The notes under the pieces were generated by a model. It was not told where the DNA came from. It was given only the letters and a program-made list of their open reading frames with translations, and ran no database searches. Shown piece by piece: positions 58,106-64,000 of a stretch of 64,000 bases of DNA; the first letter of the stretch is position 1; every line of letters starts with the position of its first letter. A program made the translations under genes and the position numbers. This DNA comes from an uncultured Pseudomonadota bacterium (GTDB taxonomy: Bacteria > Myxococcota_A > Polyangia > Fen-1088): assembly GCA_963847705.1 (NCBI GenBank), contig CAWKBC010000014.1:1-64000 (forward strand), written 5' to 3'.

Positions 58106-59815
58106 TCAGCGGCCGCGGCTGGCCGCGCCGAGCTGAGCGGTGACCTTGGTGGTCGCCTCGCTGAGGTAGACCTTCTTGGTCCAGGGCGCGTAGCCGGCCA
58201 TCGTCGCGCGGATCGAGACCTGCTCGTAGCGGGCGGTCGGCAACCGGCGCGGCGCCCCGCCGAGCGCCAGCCCGTTGACCGAGATCGCCGCCCCCGGCGG
58301 TGACGATGCGACGATCAGCGTCGCCGGAGGCCGGTGCAACCGCTCGGAGACGGCGAGCGGCGTGCCAGCCTCGGCGGTCACCTCGCGTGTGAGGGACTGG
58401 TAGCGCTCGTGCACGATGGTCAGGACGCCGGCCCCGCAGGGGATCTTCGCGTTGGCGAGGGGACTCTTGCCCAGCGTCTGCCCGCGCCACGAGACCTTGG
58501 CCTCGCTCGGCTCGGTGACGACGCGTGCGCTGCAGCCGTCCGACCCGGCGGCGGGGCGCGTGACCGGCGCGGCGCGCTTCGCCGCGACCACGGCCGCCTG
58601 CGACGGTGACTCGGCCGGAGGCGCCCGCGGCGGATCGCGCGCCGGAACAGCCACGTGCTCCTCTGCGACCGGGGGGAGCGGCGCGACGGCCTTCGGCGCC
58701 GGCATCGCCCGCTCCGCGGCGACGGGCGGGATCTGCGCGGTCGGAGCCACGGGCGCGACGGGCGCGACGATTTTGGGCCCCGGGTGAATCACCAGCCGCC
58801 CGATCCCGATACCGGCGAGGGTGCAAAGCAGGTACGGCGCAACCCGCGCGACGGTCGCCCGGAGGCGGTTCGACCGCTCGCCCGTCAGGTGCGACGTTTG
58901 CCCCGCGGTGCCGCTCGGCGCTCGGACAGGCGTCGAGTCGATCATCGTGGGCGCCGTCGGCTCCACCGCCAGCTCTGCCGGCCGCGCCGGAGCGAGACGT
59001 TCGAGCGTCTCGCCGTCGTCGGGGCGGGCCTCCGCGACCCGCTCCAGCGTCGCGTCCTCGTCGTCCGACTCCAACAGCGTGCTGTCGATGAAGGACGCCA
59101 GATCGGTCGCGTCCAGCTCGCTGAGCGGGTTGGCCGGCAGGGTGAAGGGCGCCCCCGGCGTTCGCGTCTCGGCGGGCGGGCGCGGGCCCGTCTCACCCGG
59201 CGCGCGCGCGCGCGGCTCAGGAGACAGGCTGGGGCGCGCGCCCGCGGGCGGGCTCACCGCCGCTCGTCCGAGCGGGCTCATCCCGATCATCGTCGCGGCG
59301 CGGCCGGACACCGGGGGCGGAGGCGGCGCGCGCAACGGCGGCGGCGCCCTGACCTCCGGGCGGGGGTCCGAGACGACGGTCGGCTCCGACGGCGTCTCCG
59401 GGATTGCGATTGGAACGGCCGCCCTCCGGCGCGCGAGCAACCGGCGATGCACGCTGGCGCTCCCCTCCTCCATCTCCAGCAGCAGCACCCGCAGCAGGGT
59501 CGGGCGCGGGCCAACTCCCGCGGGAACGGACGGTGCCGGTCTGGCTCCCGTGACGCGACAGCGGCCGCGCATCGCCACCGATTGGTCCTTGAGACGGATC
59601 GCGAATCGCCCCTCCGTGCCGATCGGCAGCTCGCCCGAGGCGGGGAGCACCAGCGCCCCCTCGGAGGCCAGGCCGGCGAACTTCTCCACGAACTCTTCGA
59701 GCGATTCGCACCGGGTGTTGACGTGGATGAGCGGACCGCGGGCGGCACCACCAGGGCCGCCACGTGCTCCGCCCGCCCCGCCCCCCGATCCTCCGCTCGG
59801 CATCGAGCGCACCAC
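58106..59815 (-). CDS. Membrane protein: PilZ-like (TIGR02266-like) N-domain, Pro-rich linker, TM helix, PEGA domains
   Basis: ...EEFVEKF...GALVLP...PIGT..RFAIRL...RGRCRV; C-terminal TEP.EA.V...LGKSP and SSPPGA.ISVNG. Confidence 0.7.
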   Translation of the reverse strand: MVRSMPSGGSGGGAGGARGGPGGAARGPLIHVNTRCESLEEFVEKFAGLASEGALVLPASGELPIGTEGRFAIRLKDQSVAMRGRCRVTGARPAPSVPAGVGPRPTLLRVLLLEMEEGSASVHRRLLARRRAAVPIAIPETPSEPTVVSDPRPEVRAPPPLRAPPPPPVSGRAATMIGMSPLGRAAVSPPAGARPSLSPEPRARAPGETGPRPPAETRTPGAPFTLPANPLSELDATDLASFIDSTLLESDDEDATLERVAEARPDDGETLERLAPARPAELAVEPTAPTMIDSTPVRAPSGTAGQTSHLTGERSNRLRATVARVAPYLLCTLAGIGIGRLVIHPGPKIVAPVAPVAPTAQIPPVAAERAMPAPKAVAPLPPVAEEHVAVPARDPPRAPPAESPSQAAVVAAKRAAPVTRPAAGSDGCSARVVTEPSEAKVSWRGQTLGKSPLANAKIPCGAGVLTIVHERYQSLTREVTAEAGTPLAVSERLHRPPATLIVASSPPGAAISVNGLALGGAPRRLPTARYEQVSIRATMAGYAPWTKKVYLSEATTKVTAQLGAASRGR

Positions 59816-59865
59816 CTCACGCTCATCGACCAGTGCCGGCCCCAGCTAAAGGCGGGAGACCGAGG

Positions 59866-60495
59866 TCACGATTGGCTCGATCCCGTCTCGCGCATCAGCG
59901 CCGCGAGAGCCCGGGACTCATCGGACATCTGCGCCTCCAGGGCGGCCACGACGCCCCGGCGGTCCTCGGCGCTCCGGTTCTGACTCAGCTTGATCTTCCC
60001 CTCCAGCCGATCGACCGCGATCGTGAACCCCACGATGGCGCCGCGCATGGGCTGCGCAAAATCCTCGGGGAGCCGGTCCGGGCTCCAGGCGCCGGCTTGA
60101 CGGCCCTCATACTCCCAGGTCAGCTCGCGCAGCAGCTCGGTCAGCTCGGGCCCCTCGTGATGGACGCGGGTCTTGCCGACCGCGTGGACCACCACGTAGT
60201 TCCAGGTGGGAACGGCCGGCGAGGTCGCGTACCAGGTCGGCGAGATGTAGGCGTGCGGCCCGTGGAAGATCGCCGTCGTCGGAGCACCCCCCTCCATCGC
60301 TTGCCAGTGCCCATTGGCGCGCGCCAGGTGCCCCACCAGCACGACCCCGCCGCCCCGCCGCCGCACCAGCAGCGGGACGTGCGACACCCAGAGCTCGTCC
60401 GCCCCTGGCGTGATGACGGTGGCGAATGGGTACCGGGCGGCCAGCGCGAGGAGCTTCTCCGGATCCGTTTCGGCAAACGACGCCTGCACGTACAT
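59866..60495 (-). CDS. paiB: PaiB-family FMN-binding negative transcriptional regulator
   Basis: MY....F, SHVP, GHLARAN, GPHAYISPTWY, VPTWNY, K.KLSQNR. Confidence 0.92.
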   Translation of the reverse strand: MYVQASFAETDPEKLLALAARYPFATVITPGADELWVSHVPLLVRRRGGGVVLVGHLARANGHWQAMEGGAPTTAIFHGPHAYISPTWYATSPAVPTWNYVVVHAVGKTRVHHEGPELTELLRELTWEYEGRQAGAWSPDRLPEDFAQPMRGAIVGFTIAVDRLEGKIKLSQNRSAEDRRGVVAALEAQMSDESRALAALMRETGSSQS

Positions 60496-60510
60496 CCGGA
60501 CTTTATACCT

Positions 60511-60602
60511 CCAGGGTCCCGAACTGATCGCGTGAGGGCGAGACGGCTTCGCCGGCTCGACCTCTTCGCGGGGGGCGCGGGACCCTCCCAGGGTCCCGAA
60601 CT
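60511..60602. repeat. Dispersed REP-like element, copy 3 (inverted), bounded by a 15-bp direct repeat
   Basis: CGCGGGGGGCGCGGGACCCTCCCAGGGTCCC; CCAGGGTCCCGAACT at 60511-60525 and 60588-60602. Confidence 0.7.
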
Positions 60603-60604
60603 AG

Positions 60605-61141
60605 CTAGGTGGTCGCGAGGCCGCGGGTCATGGCGATCTTGCCTGACCGGACCAGCTCGGTGATGTGGTAGTTCCGCAGCAGGCTGAGGAAGACGTCCAG
60701 CTTCTCCGCGGCGCCCACGATCCGGACGATCAGCGAGTCGACGCCGTAGTCGACCACCTTGGCGCTGTAGAGCTCGGTGATCTGCAGGAGCTCGGTCCGG
60801 TCGGCGACCTTGCACTTCAGCTTCACCAGCGCGACCTCGGTCTCGTAGACCGACTGGCCAGTGTGATCGAGCGCGGTCACCACGTCGATCAGCTTGGTCA
60901 CCTGCTTGATGATCTGCTCCAGCGTCTCGGGATCGCCGCTGCAGGTGATGGTCATGCGCGAGAAGTCACCGTTGGCGACGTCCGCGCTCACCACCAGGCT
61001 CTCGATGTTGTAGCCGCGCCGGGCGAACACCAGCGCGACCCGCACCAGGACGCCCGGCTTGTTGCGCACGAGGATCGACAGCGTGTGCAGCGGCGCCGTC
61101 TGCAGAATCGGCGAAATGTGGGCGGTTGCGGCGGCGGACAT
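60605..61141 (-). CDS. ilvN: Acetolactate synthase small (regulatory) subunit
   Basis: HTLSILV.NKPGVL.RV...FARRGYNIESL, SRMTI, ELVRSG. Confidence 0.95.
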   Translation of the reverse strand: MSAAATAHISPILQTAPLHTLSILVRNKPGVLVRVALVFARRGYNIESLVVSADVANGDFSRMTITCSGDPETLEQIIKQVTKLIDVVTALDHTGQSVYETEVALVKLKCKVADRTELLQITELYSAKVVDYGVDSLIVRIVGAAEKLDVFLSLLRNYHITELVRSGKIAMTRGLATT

Positions 61142-61143
61142 CT

Positions 61144-62928
<1,785 letters not shown>

Positions 62929-63067
62929 AGGAAACCTCGCTTTCAGAAATGTGAGGTCCAAAGCTACGTCGAGTTCGACCTGCCGTCCAGCTGTTTGGAG
63001 ATGGTGCCTGAATTTTTCGTGTCGATTTGATCTATTTGACGCGACGCTCTCTGGCCTTACCCGTGAT

Positions 63068-63916
63068 TCACGGCCGATTTGTCGCGACAAACCACGTCTT
63101 GCTTGGGCTGTCTGGGTTCACGGGGCTCCAGGGTGCTGCGATCTCCGGAACGAACCCGGCGGCGCGCAGCGCTCCCTCGACCTCGGGTTCGGAGAAACAG
63201 CGCTCCTGGAGCAGAAACCGCCGTTCACGCCCGCCGCTGCCGAGAGCGATCGCCGCGCGCGCGGTCCGAGACCGGGCGTCATAGTCGAGCGCGGTGTCGA
63301 GGTGGCGTCCTTCGAGGTCGAACGCGACCCGATACTGCCACCAGGTCTCGAACCCGAAGGCGTTGTTCAGATCGAAGACGAGCAGGCCGCCCGGACGCAG
63401 CACGGAGGCCACGGACCGAAAGGTTGCCGCCAGCGCGTCGTGATCGGGGAGGTGGTTGAGCGTGTCGTAGAACGCGCCGACCACGTCGAAGCGCTCGGCG
63501 AAGGGGAGCGGGGCCGGCAGCCGGGCGCGCGCCCAGAGCACGCTCTCGTGCCCGGGCTTGCGGCCGGCGACCGCCAGCATGCCGGGGCTGACGTCGACCC
63601 CGCAGAGGCGCCAGCCGGGGTGAAGCGCGCGCAGCGCGAGCAGCAGCGTCCCCGTGCCGCAGCCGAGGTCGAGGAACGAGACGGCGTCCGAGACGAGCGC
63701 CGCCTCGGCAGCCGGCAGCGACGCCGGGGCCGGCGTCTCTCCCCCGGCGCGCAGCTGCGTCCGGCGGGTGGCGAGCAGCTCCTCCAGCCGGTCGGCGACC
63801 AGCAGCGCGAACGGCCGCGCCCCCCCCATCGCGTCGTAGATCGGGGCCAGCGCGTCGTAGACCTCCGCGACCGTCTCGCGCGCGGTCTCAGTCGTCGTGT
63901 CGTCCGACCGAGCCAC
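63068..63916 (-). CDS. Class I SAM-dependent methyltransferase
   Basis: [36 protein letters not shown]. Confidence 0.88.
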   Translation of the reverse strand: MARSDDTTTETARETVAEVYDALAPIYDAMGGARPFALLVADRLEELLATRRTQLRAGGETPAPASLPAAEAALVSDAVSFLDLGCGTGTLLLALRALHPGWRLCGVDVSPGMLAVAGRKPGHESVLWARARLPAPLPFAERFDVVGAFYDTLNHLPDHDALAATFRSVASVLRPGGLLVFDLNNAFGFETWWQYRVAFDLEGRHLDTALDYDARSRTARAAIALGSGGRERRFLLQERCFSEPEVEGALRAAGFVPEIAAPWSPVNPDSPSKTWFVATNRP

Positions 63917-64000
63917 GTCCCGCCTTCTTGTCGGAGTGCGCCCGTTTGTCGTCCAGCATCCGCGCCTTCGCGCGCCGCGACCGGCGCCGCTTCTGGCGGC
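63888..64000 (-). CDS. C-terminus of a release-factor-like (RF-1 domain/ArfB-type) protein; 5' part outside the window
   Basis: Manual translation [36 protein letters not shown] resembles the basic ribosome-rescue tail. Confidence 0.6.
   Translation of the reverse strand, partial: RQKRRRSRRAKARMLDDKRAHSDKKAGRGSVGRHDD

Noticed and set aside
62929-63067. ilvB attenuator or leader peptide
   Set aside because: No Ile/Leu/Val-rich short ORF or terminator hairpin with U-tract could be identified.

Overview
A very GC-rich chromosomal segment, most likely from a myxobacterium (Myxococcota). This is inferred from the gene content: Hanks-type kinases, a large TPR protein, a CglB-like VWA lipoprotein, a TSP3/OmpA outer-membrane protein and a myxosortase-like CPBP protease. 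Most of it is core or lineage-typical: an orphan clpX, a dksA-like gene, prmC, the moxR-DUF58-batABCDE operon, an RcnR/DmeR-type repressor with a CDF exporter, bcp, two tRNA-Ser genes, glmU, ino1, rpsB-tsf-pyrH-frr, a DUF433/PIN toxin-antitoxin pair and ilvBN. I found no prophage, integrase, transposase or CRISPR-Cas. The best candidate for an undescribed system is a nitrogen-uptake module at 25981-31283: a PP2C phosphatase, a membrane-anchored Ser/Thr kinase apparently co-transcribed with an Amt that has no adjacent glnK and carries a Thr at the plant AMT1 phospho-switch position, and an APC permease with GlnR-box-like repeats upstream. A GlnR-like atypical regulator sits at the window edge. 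Other oddities include an inverted pair of co-varying hairpin elements, a 104-bp tandem array, an iteron-like array next to a long palindrome, a 38-aa duplicate of a lipoprotein N-terminus, a pseudo-deacylase/RimB-like protease fusion, U73 tRNA-Ser genes and a frameshifted ferritin-like gene. All family assignments come from motif recognition by eye; no searches were run.
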